From an uncultured Dehalococcoidales bacterium (GTDB taxonomy: Bacteria; Chloroflexota; Dehalococcoidia; Dehalococcoidales; UBA2162): a DNA stretch of 55,470 nucleotides. How positions within the stretch are numbered: position 1 is the first letter of the stretch; every line of letters starts with the position of its first letter. Under the pieces are notes generated by a model that was not told where the DNA came from, ran no database searches, and was given only the letters and a program-made list of their open reading frames with translations. The stretch is from assembly GCA_964606525.1 (NCBI GenBank), contig CAZSHH010000003.1, positions 8,006-63,475 on the forward strand. The letters run 5' to 3'. The position numbers were made by a program, and so were the translations under genes. Below, piece after piece: positions 47,746 through 55,470 of this stretch.

Positions 47746-49446
47746 TCACGGAAGAATATTCCCGGGTAGTCCACAGGTGCCATCGCGACAGTCCATCGGC
47801 GATGGCATTCGGAGAGGTCTGGCATCCTTCTTAACGCCGGCCTTCGGTATCCACGGGTCGATGGATAAGGTACGGACGTAGTGAAAGTCCGTCGTCATCC
47901 AGAACGGATTCCATTCGCCACCGACGACGATAAAGTTAAGGCCCTCAGCCGTCAGGGGGCGCATTCTTCTGGTGCCATCGTTCTTCCCATGCTCTGCCAG
48001 GTAAGAGGCCAGCTTCAATTTAGTGTCGAAACCCTCGTTCTTGAGATTCTTCGCCGCGAGCGGATCGACGATGAAGGTGGCCCCGCCCAGTCCGAGTGAT
48101 TTGATAATCTGGGCCATGCGGTCGGCATGTCCGTCGCCAAAGCCGATTACGGTCCAACCCATGAATAAGGAGACCGTGTTTTCGCTCGCCTTAAAACCAT
48201 GCTGGACGTGCAGCGGTTCCCAGACACTCAGTTCTTCATTCTCACCGCAGCACATGTTATTGTAGTTAACACCGTTGCCGGTGGTCGCAGTAAAATTCTC
48301 GCCAATCTTGGCGCCGGCAAGGTTAATGCTCATCAATGTCCACGTTCGGCCCAGGACCGAGTTGGCATAATTAAATGGACTGAGGGCACCCGAACTGCAA
48401 TTCATGCCGATCTCATTACGGATGGGCCCGTTAACGACCATCATGCTGATGAAAGAAGTCGTCGAGCTGGGCATTGACGCCTGTTTGGAAGCTGCCACAG
48501 CCAGCAGCACCGGCAGGTGTTCCGGCCGGCATCCTGCCATGACCGCATTGACGGCGACTTTCTCAACCGTATACTCGAACCGTTCCTCGTGAGTCGTGAC
48601 TGCCATCCGCCCCACCACCTCTTGCGGATCGTGGTCGGTACCAGTCAGCATCTCCGCCACACGCTCCTCGGTTGGCAGCACGATAGGCAGGCCATCCGTC
48701 CACGCATTCTCCAGGAAAAGCCGGTGCAGGTTGTCCTCGGTGTCCGGCGGCAGAAGCCGGTTGTGCTTCGGCCGTTTCACAATTATCGGGTTTCTCTCTT
48801 CTTCAGTGAGGGGCCGGGTCAGGGCATCGACGATCTCCTGCATAAGGGGACGGCCGGTAATCGGGTCCTCTTTATCGATGTAGCCGTGCAGCACATCCCG
48901 TGGTACGAAGGCCACCGGATGCGGTGGATAGCAGAAGCGCAACATCATACCGTGTGCCTGGCCGTTTAACATGATGAAGTCGGCGAATCGGGACGTGACC
49001 ATCGGAGCCGTCGGTACGCCGCGGTCCTCCAGATTGCGAGCGAATTCGGCGAGACTCGCCGAACAGCCGTCTCAACCACCAACCCCAAGGACGGCAACGG
49101 CACCTTTCGCTGCTATCTCGTCCCAAAGCGCGGGATCGTTGGTGAACATGCCACCCTGCTTACGCCGCAGTTCCGTTTTTAGAGAAGGCATGTTGCGGGA
49201 GAACCAGTCATGCACTTCCTGCATGAATTCCCAGGCGCCGGCGAAACCGGTCTCGACCAGATAGACGGTTTTCCCCTCAATGCTCCCGGAGCGGGGAGCC
49301 ATGTGGACAGGCCGGACTTCGCCTGTCGGCTGCGTGTACGGGTCCTGGATATTGAGACCTGACTCTGGCGTCAGACTCTGCCCGAACACTCCGCTCGGTT
49401 GCCCCCTGGGGTCTAACACGTTAAGTAAGGCCTTGCTGTTTTTCAT
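47746..49446 (-). CDS. two-domain selenoprotein, U-D-G-C motif (in-frame TGA at 49072..49074 read as Sec125); 566 aa; paralog of 20656..22257
   Basis: Track ORFs 49072..49446 and 47746..49002 are in the same frame: ...AVLGVGG-U-DGC-SASLAEFARNLEDRGVPTAPMVTSRFADF... The strong SD GAGGAGGAG lies only before the ATG at 49446. The C-terminal domain is homologous to the paralog (WTDGLPI, VEKxAVNAVMAGC, VNGP). Confidence 0.7.
49045..49063 (-). promoter_or_regulatory. candidate bacterial SECIS hairpin
   Basis: On the mRNA, 8 nt after the UGA, lies a perfect 19-nt palindrome UUCGGCGAG-U-CUCGCCGAA. It forms a 7-8 bp stem with apical loop (A)GUC(U). Confidence 0.45.
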
Positions 49447-49485
49447 TTCTCTCCTCCTCGTTCGGGTCTAACTATTCCTGCGACA

Positions 49486-49824
49486 TCACCGCCAATCATC
49501 GTTACTGAAGAGTCCCTGGGAGGAATAGGAACAGGGCCCACCGGTAATCTGCATATAGACTTCCTCATCAGAGCCACAGACAATGATACAGTTTTCGTCC
49601 GGTCGGTCTCCAGCGACGGATATCATATAGTCATCTGGCAGTTCCTTCCACGGCTTGCCCGATTGCCGGTCTATTCCGGTCCAACCGTTGGTGTGAAGAT
49701 CAACCCATGAGCGCTTGCGGTATTCGCTTAGCGGTTCAAGCCCTTTCTTCCAGATGTACTCGTAGACATCAGCTTTAGACTTGAAACCGAGTTTATATAG
49801 GTGCTGGGCCATTTCGTGAACCAT
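49486..49824 (-). CDS. hypothetical protein
   Basis: 112-aa ORF 39 nt upstream of the selenoprotein gene. It has no recognisable motif and weak SD. Its 5' end is ambiguous (see the frameshift finding). Confidence 0.4.
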   Translation of the reverse strand: MVHEMAQHLYKLGFKSKADVYEYIWKKGLEPLSEYRKRSWVDLHTNGWTGIDRQSGKPWKELPDDYMISVAGDRPDENCIIVCGSDEEVYMQITGGPCSYSSQGLFSNDDWR

Positions 49825-50209
49825 GATAGGTCTTCACTGGTACCTGCATACCAACAGGGTTAAGACACTTGTAAACTCGATCGTTTACCATCTCCTCTCC
49901 TTTTTGGGCGGTCATAATCGAATACAAGCTGTCGGTGCATATTAGTTTCCTCTCGAAATACACTGGAAAAAGATGCCTCATGTTAACATCGCGTCAGGAT
50001 CGGGTCAAATGAAAATCAACTACCTCGCCACGGGTTGGCACAGCCAGTCATAATGATCATGGAATTACGGAGACGAAAACCGTAGAATACCTCACAATAG
50101 TACAATGGCTTAAAATGTACCAATTTGAGTTGGAGGAGCAATAAAACCAGTTTACTTTTTTTGAACACTCTACCTGAGTACTACATTTCGCTAAGAAACA
50201 GACGCACTC

Positions 50210-50926
50210 TCAGATTTTGTCGTATATAAATCCCGGCATAATTTTGTACAACCAGGCAATAATCGTCCATCTTTTTGTGATATATGCCGACCTCTTTTTA
50301 CGTTGGATTGCCCGATAGATTTGTGTAGCCGCCTTATACGGTGTTGCGACCCAAATAAGACCTTCTCCTTTGGCCATGGCAGTATCGACCAGACCCGGCT
50401 GAATATCAGTTATCGTTATGGGGAGTTTTTCCTTTGCTACTTTATTTCGCAATCCTTCTAAATAATTAGATATGTAAGCTTTGGAAGCATTGTAAGAAGG
50501 GCAGACATTACTCCCTCTTATGCCTGCCACGGAAGATATTCCCACCAGGTGTCCTGATTTCTTTTGCATGAAATATCGAACGGCAACTCCAGCTACTGCT
50601 GTAAATCCAGAGATATTAGTATCTATGGTATCTTTTTCTTGTGACCAACTCAGTGAAGGATTAAGATATCCGGTTCCCGCAGAGATTATGATAACCTCAA
50701 TGTCACCCATGTCTTTAATTAACTTTTCAAGGAATTGCATCGCTGTATCGGGATGACTAATATCAATCGTGGCCACATAGGTTTTTGTTGGCATTTCGGA
50801 AGCTAGTTCATTCAATAACTCGGTTCGACGTGCCGCGATACCAACTTCGTAATCATTTGAGGCATATATTTTAGCAAGTTCTTTACCAATACCTGATGAA
50901 GCTCCGATAATAATGATTTTTTTCAT
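50210..50926 (-). CDS. SDR family oxidoreductase (AT-rich, compositionally atypical)
   Basis: 238-aa ORF carrying MKKIIIIGASSGIGKELA and the catalytic YNASKAY. Its codon usage is visibly AT-richer than neighbouring genes. Confidence 0.85.
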   Translation of the reverse strand: MKKIIIIGASSGIGKELAKIYASNDYEVGIAARRTELLNELASEMPTKTYVATIDISHPDTAMQFLEKLIKDMGDIEVIIISAGTGYLNPSLSWSQEKDTIDTNISGFTAVAGVAVRYFMQKKSGHLVGISSVAGIRGSNVCPSYNASKAYISNYLEGLRNKVAKEKLPITITDIQPGLVDTAMAKGEGLIWVATPYKAATQIYRAIQRKKRSAYITKRWTIIAWLYKIMPGFIYDKI

Positions 50927-51600
50927 ATATATTATTGGTAACCTCCGTCATATCAACCTCTTCATGGTGAATCATGAAACAGGTAATTCAGACTTATAAC
51001 ACTTACGGCACGGACTGAAGATGCCACTAGTTTTATTTCCTCTAAGTTGGCAGGTCTTGATATGTTTTCATCCTGTGCCGTCATCTCCCATACCAGCCGT
51101 GTTCTTTAATCATCTCCTCTTCTACAGTCATTGTGATCCTGATGTGAACCGGGAGTAACAGGCCAAATCCGGGGAGAAACGAGTTCTCTTCCCAATACAT
51201 ATAGTAGATGAGACGTACTCTCATCGACGGTAAGATCAGAGAAGTTGATGTGATAATAGACAGCATTGTAAGTTAAATTACTACAAATATACAGTAAAAC
51301 AGCTCATGTTTATAATGATGGCAGGATTGAGTTGGCGTTCAGAGAGTGATCATATTGCTATTGAAGACGAGTTAACAATTTAATAGAGGTCACAAAATAC
51401 TACTATGGACTGTTGTGCAGGTTGAAGGTAGTTGCACACGCCGGGGATCGAGCATTGTCGTCTGCCGTAATTGCCGGTCCCGCCACAAGCGCATCGCTGA
51501 CCTCTTCCCGGACTTCCGCAGCGATCTGTCCTTCCTTGACACCCAATTGGGCTTCAGATACTGTAAAGTACGGTTAACTTTAGCTGCCGAGGAGGAAACA

Positions 51601-52104
51601 GTGCACGTTGGGTTGTTGTCAGACAGTCACGTCCCGGATGTTGTGAATGAGCTCCCCATGCCAGAACTGAGGAGGGCGTTCGAAGGCGTCGAACTGGTTT
51701 TACACGCCGGTGATATTTACTTCACGAGCGTACTCGACGATCTTGCTACGATCGCACCTGTACTGGCGGCTCTGGGCGATGACGATTCTGTGGCCACGAT
51801 GGATCTGGACCACCGCATCCAATCGAAGCACGTCCTGACACTAGAGGGACATAAGCTGTGGCTGGTCCATCAGCGGCCGTACGGCCTCGGCCAACCGACC
51901 TTCTCGCCCGCCGTGAAAGCGGAGGAACTGCCGCACATCGTTGTCTTTGGCCACGAGCACCGGACGGCTGTCGAGCAGTCGCACGGCATTCTTTTCGTGA
52001 ACCCGGGCAGCCCAACATTTCTTAACTATCAGCAGGGCCTGGGTACGGTGGGTATTCTCGACGTTCATAATGGCCAGATGGACGTGAAGATCGTCCATCT
52101 CTAG
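51601..52104 (+). CDS. YfcE/MJ0936-type metallophosphoesterase
   Basis: The GTG at 51601 lies 5 nt after GAGGAGGAA; 167 aa. Carries VGLLSDSHVP, LHAGDI, VVFGHEHR and FVNPGSP. The track's upstream extension to 51415 lacks homology logic. Confidence 0.75.
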   Translation: MHVGLLSDSHVPDVVNELPMPELRRAFEGVELVLHAGDIYFTSVLDDLATIAPVLAALGDDDSVATMDLDHRIQSKHVLTLEGHKLWLVHQRPYGLGQPTFSPAVKAEELPHIVVFGHEHRTAVEQSHGILFVNPGSPTFLNYQQGLGTVGILDVHNGQMDVKIVHL

Positions 52105-52595
52105 GCTGTCCGTGAAGCCATTCCTGCTCCGGCTTAAACTCACAGCAATACCCGGCTGCTCCGGTCTCCCCGGATAGAGCTTGCACCTGGTCGGCCGTCA
52201 GCCTAGACCAGGGTAAGTCCATAGGGTGTCTTGTGCGGCACCAATCCGCCCATAAGTGTGTTGATAGAAATCTATCTCAAGGCGGGTATTAGTTATTTTT
52301 TTTATAACATAAGTTAAATAATAGTGTTACTTAACCAATTTTTAAAGTAATTTATTCAACTATGCTATAATATCGCTTTAGGAAAGCAGGATTATGAAAA
52401 GGTTGTTAGGTATCTTTGGGTTTAACCTCATATTCTCATTATGTCTGGTATTATTACAAACTGTACAATGTTCCCTTTATTGTTGACGCTGCCGATCACA
52501 TGATGATTGTCGCAAGGCAGAAGTAACCAATGCACCATTACCAAATCTGGACAATCGGTTCACAAGATGGATAGCATGGTTTCGGAGGAGTTTAC

Positions 52596-53390
52596 TTGAA
52601 CAATAACCGGATCCTGGAAATAGCATTGCACCAGTCGGCACTGGAAGCTAACTGCAGACCGGATGATTTCCTGTCAAAAGTGAACAAGGTCGTTTTCTCC
52701 GCATCCAACCCGAAAGCGAGGATATACCTCACACTTCCCCTCTACTGTAATTTGATTTCTTATGGTAATAACATCGTCGCCTCCGTAAATGGGGAAATTG
52801 CCGAAACCGTCAAAGAATATATCGACAGGTACCACAGCGAACACTGCTTCGAGACACCAAATATGCATATACTGAATGATGTACTTGAGAAAAAAGGAAA
52901 GAGAGTCAGCAATATGGCTGAGTATTTCCTGCCGGACACGACCATGCTGAAAGAACTTGATTGCGCCTGTAAAATCAGAGTTTTATCACCGCAGGATTTT
53001 GCCGGCTTTTATAGACCGGAATGGAGCAATGCCCTGGAAGAGAAGAGGAAAGAACATGATATCCTCGCAGTGGGTGCTTACGACGGAAACAGACTGACAG
53101 GATTAGCCGGGTGTTCGGCTGATTGTGAAACGATGTGGCAGATAGGCATCGACGTTCTTCCTTCATACAGGAGACAGGGAATAGCGTCGGCTTTGACAAG
53201 CCGTCTGGCTCTGGAGATCATCGACCGGGGTAAGGTTCCCTTTTACTGCACGGCATGGTCCAACCTTAATTCGGTGAGGAATGCCATAAAGAGCGGGTTC
53301 AGACCGGCCTGGGTAGAGATGACGGCGAAGACCATCGAAGAAATCGATAAAGCCAACTCCCGATATACAGGTCAACCCTCCACAATTTGA
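52596..53390 (+). CDS. GNAT family N-acetyltransferase (C-terminal GNAT domain)
   Basis: 264-aa ORF with a TTG start after GGAGGAG. Has the acetyl-CoA block VLPSYRRQGIASALTSRL and C-terminal NSVRNAIKSGFRP. Confidence 0.65.
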   Translation: MNNNRILEIALHQSALEANCRPDDFLSKVNKVVFSASNPKARIYLTLPLYCNLISYGNNIVASVNGEIAETVKEYIDRYHSEHCFETPNMHILNDVLEKKGKRVSNMAEYFLPDTTMLKELDCACKIRVLSPQDFAGFYRPEWSNALEEKRKEHDILAVGAYDGNRLTGLAGCSADCETMWQIGIDVLPSYRRQGIASALTSRLALEIIDRGKVPFYCTAWSNLNSVRNAIKSGFRPAWVEMTAKTIEEIDKANSRYTGQPSTI

Positions 53391-53579
53391 ACCGGTTTAT
53401 CAGCGATATCCTGAAATACTTTGTGCGTCCTCAACAATTCATGCGTTGATATATCCTTTGTCAATAACCTGGTCAAGGACAGGGATACCGCGGAACAAAC
53501 AAACTTATTACTATTTTATTACTTTTGAAGGAGTCCAGGTAATTTCCACATTGACTTAATCCAAGGCGTAGTTTAATAA

Positions 53580-54665
53580 TTGCCCATGCATAGCTGGAAA
53601 GACAAATTAAACGGAGACCCGGTTCCGTGGCTGTTGGAGAATGACCGGAGCCAACCGGCTATCCGTTATTATACTTTGATTGATATCCTCGGCCGAGATA
53701 AGAGTGATAGTGAAGTCAAAGCTGCCAAGGCCGCTATCATGGTCAGCGGTCCGGTACCGGTAATCCTGGCAGCGCAACATCCGAAGGGATACTGGGGAAC
53801 TCCGGGACCCAAGTTCACGGGAACGATGCCGGCTCTTGTTTTCCTGGCGCAGTTCGGTGCGGACGGAGCTGACCCACGTGTTTATCGTGGTTGTGAGATT
53901 TTACTCTCCAAATACATCGGCATCGATGGTAGTCCATACGACCACACTTATTGCACCACGGCCAGTATAGTGGCAGCTTTGATAGACTTCGGTTGGCTTA
54001 AAGACCCACGTTTGCAGACAGCAATAGAATGGCTGGCGCAGGCTATCACCGGGGTAAGAGTGGCTGAAGCTTTAAAAAGCGACGTAAACAAACATCACGA
54101 TAAGTCCGAGGCTCCTCCTCCATTCGTCTGTTTACAGCGCAATGCCAATTTACCATGTGCCTGGGGAGCGATCAAGGTGATGATTGCCTTGAATAAGGTT
54201 CCACTAGTGCAGCGGATGAAGAATATGCAGGAGGCCATCAAACGGGGTGTGGACTTTCTCCTGAGCCATGACCCGGCGGTCGCCGACTACCCCTTTGGCA
54301 GGGGGCATAAGCCCAGCTCAAATTGGTTCAAGTTCTATTTTCCCCTCATGAGTGAAGCCGACGTGCTTCAGAACCTGGAGGTACTGGTGGCGCAGGGGCA
54401 AGCCCAAAATCCCCGGTTAGCCACCGCGTTGAATCTGGTCATTAGTAAGCAAAACCAACAAGGACGCTGGCTGCTGGAACGCACCTACAAAGAATTGTCA
54501 GACACACAGGAGAAAAAAGTCTTTTATTGGTACCAGAACTCCCTGAGACTATATATTACCGGCAAGGAGTTGGCGGACATACAAGAAAAGAAAGGACAAC
54601 CAAGCAAATGGGTCACCCTGAGGGCTTTACGGGTATTGAAAGCTGCTTATCCTGAGACGGGGTGA
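53580..54665 (+). CDS. prenyltransferase/squalene-oxidase-repeat (QW-motif) protein
   Basis: 361-aa ORF with two QxxxGxW motifs (QHPKGYW and QNQQGRW), suggesting an alpha/alpha-toroid terpenoid-cyclase-like fold. The start may be the ATG at 53586. Confidence 0.5.
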   Translation: MPMHSWKDKLNGDPVPWLLENDRSQPAIRYYTLIDILGRDKSDSEVKAAKAAIMVSGPVPVILAAQHPKGYWGTPGPKFTGTMPALVFLAQFGADGADPRVYRGCEILLSKYIGIDGSPYDHTYCTTASIVAALIDFGWLKDPRLQTAIEWLAQAITGVRVAEALKSDVNKHHDKSEAPPPFVCLQRNANLPCAWGAIKVMIALNKVPLVQRMKNMQEAIKRGVDFLLSHDPAVADYPFGRGHKPSSNWFKFYFPLMSEADVLQNLEVLVAQGQAQNPRLATALNLVISKQNQQGRWLLERTYKELSDTQEKKVFYWYQNSLRLYITGKELADIQEKKGQPSKWVTLRALRVLKAAYPETG

Positions 54666-54961
54666 TTTCCGATATGCATTTTGGACGACGTCCGTTATTG
54701 ATAGACAAAAGTGGATTGAGGATACTCAGTTTTATCTTATTTTGATCTTCATTACTCCTGGAAATGATGTCCATTACTTCATCGTTAGTTACTCTTACAC
54801 TATAACCAGGTTATCTCCATGACCGGTTAATAGAAATCGACTTCTAATCGGTATCACCCAAGACGGTTGGATTCCTGCCTAGATATTTCATCCATCAAAT
54901 GATAGGGAGTGATCTGTGAACAAAAATAACAAGATTCAAATATCTGATATGATATCTTTCT

Positions 54962-55470
54962 ATGATATTTCCGAAACATAGTCTTGTTGCCTACAAGAAT
55001 CGTCCGGCATTGGTAATCGAAAACACGCCATATCTGCAGATTGAACTTGAAGGGGGCAGGACGCAAAAGGTTCGCGCCAAGGACATAATCTTGATTCATC
55101 CTGGCCCGTTACTCGATATTGCTCAACTTGAACCTCAATCGGGCGATATGGAGGTTGCATGGTCACTTCTGGCAGGGGAAGCTGTGACCTTGCCAGAACT
55201 TACCGAACTTGCTTTCGGAGTGTTCACACCATCCACAGCCTGGACGACATGGCAACAGATCTGCGACAACCTCTACTTTAAGGGGATGCCCGATCATATA
55301 ACAGCTTATTCCCGTGAAGAAGTCCTCCAAAAACAAGAAGCACGGCAGCTCAAGACATCTCAGAAGGCTGCATGGTCAGAATTTATAACTCGCCTGGTAA
55401 ACCGCCAGGTAACCCCAGAAGATGATCACTATCTAGCCGAGGTCGAAGCTATGGCTCTGGGCGAAGCTAC
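54962..55470 (+). CDS. partial CDS (5' part, runs off the window), possibly an RNase II/RNB-family exoribonuclease N-terminus
   Basis: The frame is open from the ATG at 54962 to the window end: MIFPKHSLVAYKNRPALVIENTPYLQIELEGGRTQKVRAKDIILIHPGP...DMEVAWSLLAGEAVTLPELTELAF... This pattern is remembered from RNase II-like N-terminal domains. It is not in the ORF track because it has no stop. There is no clear SD. Confidence 0.4.
   Translation, partial: MIFPKHSLVAYKNRPALVIENTPYLQIELEGGRTQKVRAKDIILIHPGPLLDIAQLEPQSGDMEVAWSLLAGEAVTLPELTELAFGVFTPSTAWTTWQQICDNLYFKGMPDHITAYSREEVLQKQEARQLKTSQKAAWSEFITRLVNRQVTPEDDHYLAEVEAMALGEA

Noticed and set aside
49834-49836. A TGA four codons upstream of the 112-aa ORF start, in the same frame. 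Could this be another selenocysteine?
   Set aside because: The same frame has a TAA a further 19 codons upstream with no start codon in between, so there is no upstream coding segment to join.
51415-51600. An N-terminal extension of the metallophosphoesterase ORF (track start 51415).
   Set aside because: The extension is Arg/Cys-rich with no homology logic. A strong SD (GAGGAGGAA) precedes the GTG at 51601, giving the canonical ~167-aa YfcE-type protein that starts at the first metal-binding motif.
52394-52486. A 30-codon ORF, MKRLLGIFGFNLIFSLCLVLLQTVQCSLYC, that looks like a signal peptide or Cys-rich peptide.
   Set aside because: It is too short to evaluate, has only a weak SD-like AGGA, and lies in an AT-rich spacer. 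There is no supporting repeat, partner gene or conservation evidence.
1-55470. A search by eye for CRISPR arrays, tRNA/rRNA genes, tRNA-Sec, transposases, integrases, and toxin-antitoxin or defence systems.
   Set aside because: I saw no regularly spaced direct repeats, no T-loop (GGTTCGAAT-like) cloverleaf candidates in the intergenic regions, and no recombinase-like ORFs. A proper tRNAscan, Infernal or ISfinder run is still needed to exclude small or degenerate elements.

Overview
This is a gene-dense 55.5-kb bacterial chromosomal segment. Most genes have strong AGGAGG-type Shine-Dalgarno sites. The lipoproteins carry Thr/Pro-rich linkers, which suggests a monoderm such as Chloroflexota or Firmicutes; that is a guess, not a result. 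I found no rRNA, tRNA, CRISPR array, transposase or integrase by eye. The content is accessory and catabolic: three tandem aldehyde dehydrogenases, three orphan family-5 ABC solute-binding lipoproteins, two URO-D-fold paralogs, two aldo/keto reductases, three SDRs, a split aconitase-X pair, two esterases/hydrolases, a glycyl-radical enzyme with its activase, and a cytidylyltransferase plus CDP-alcohol phosphotransferase pair. The strongest hidden signal is that two pairs of adjacent minus-strand track ORFs (20656..22257 and 47746..49446) are each a single reading frame interrupted by one TGA at the homologous position. Read as selenocysteine, the motifs are U-G-S-C and U-D-G-C, so these are two paralogous two-domain selenoproteins. 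One heads an operon with a thioredoxin-reductase-like flavoprotein and a pseudo-receiver regulator; the other heads an operon with two SDRs. Other points of interest are a glycyl-radical enzyme with a GCVD rather than GCVE Cys loop in an unusual gene neighbourhood, a gene-decay zone with two deletion-remnant pseudogenes, an orphan promoter/terminator unit, and AT-rich spacers. All functional calls rest on motifs read from the translations. No database search was possible.
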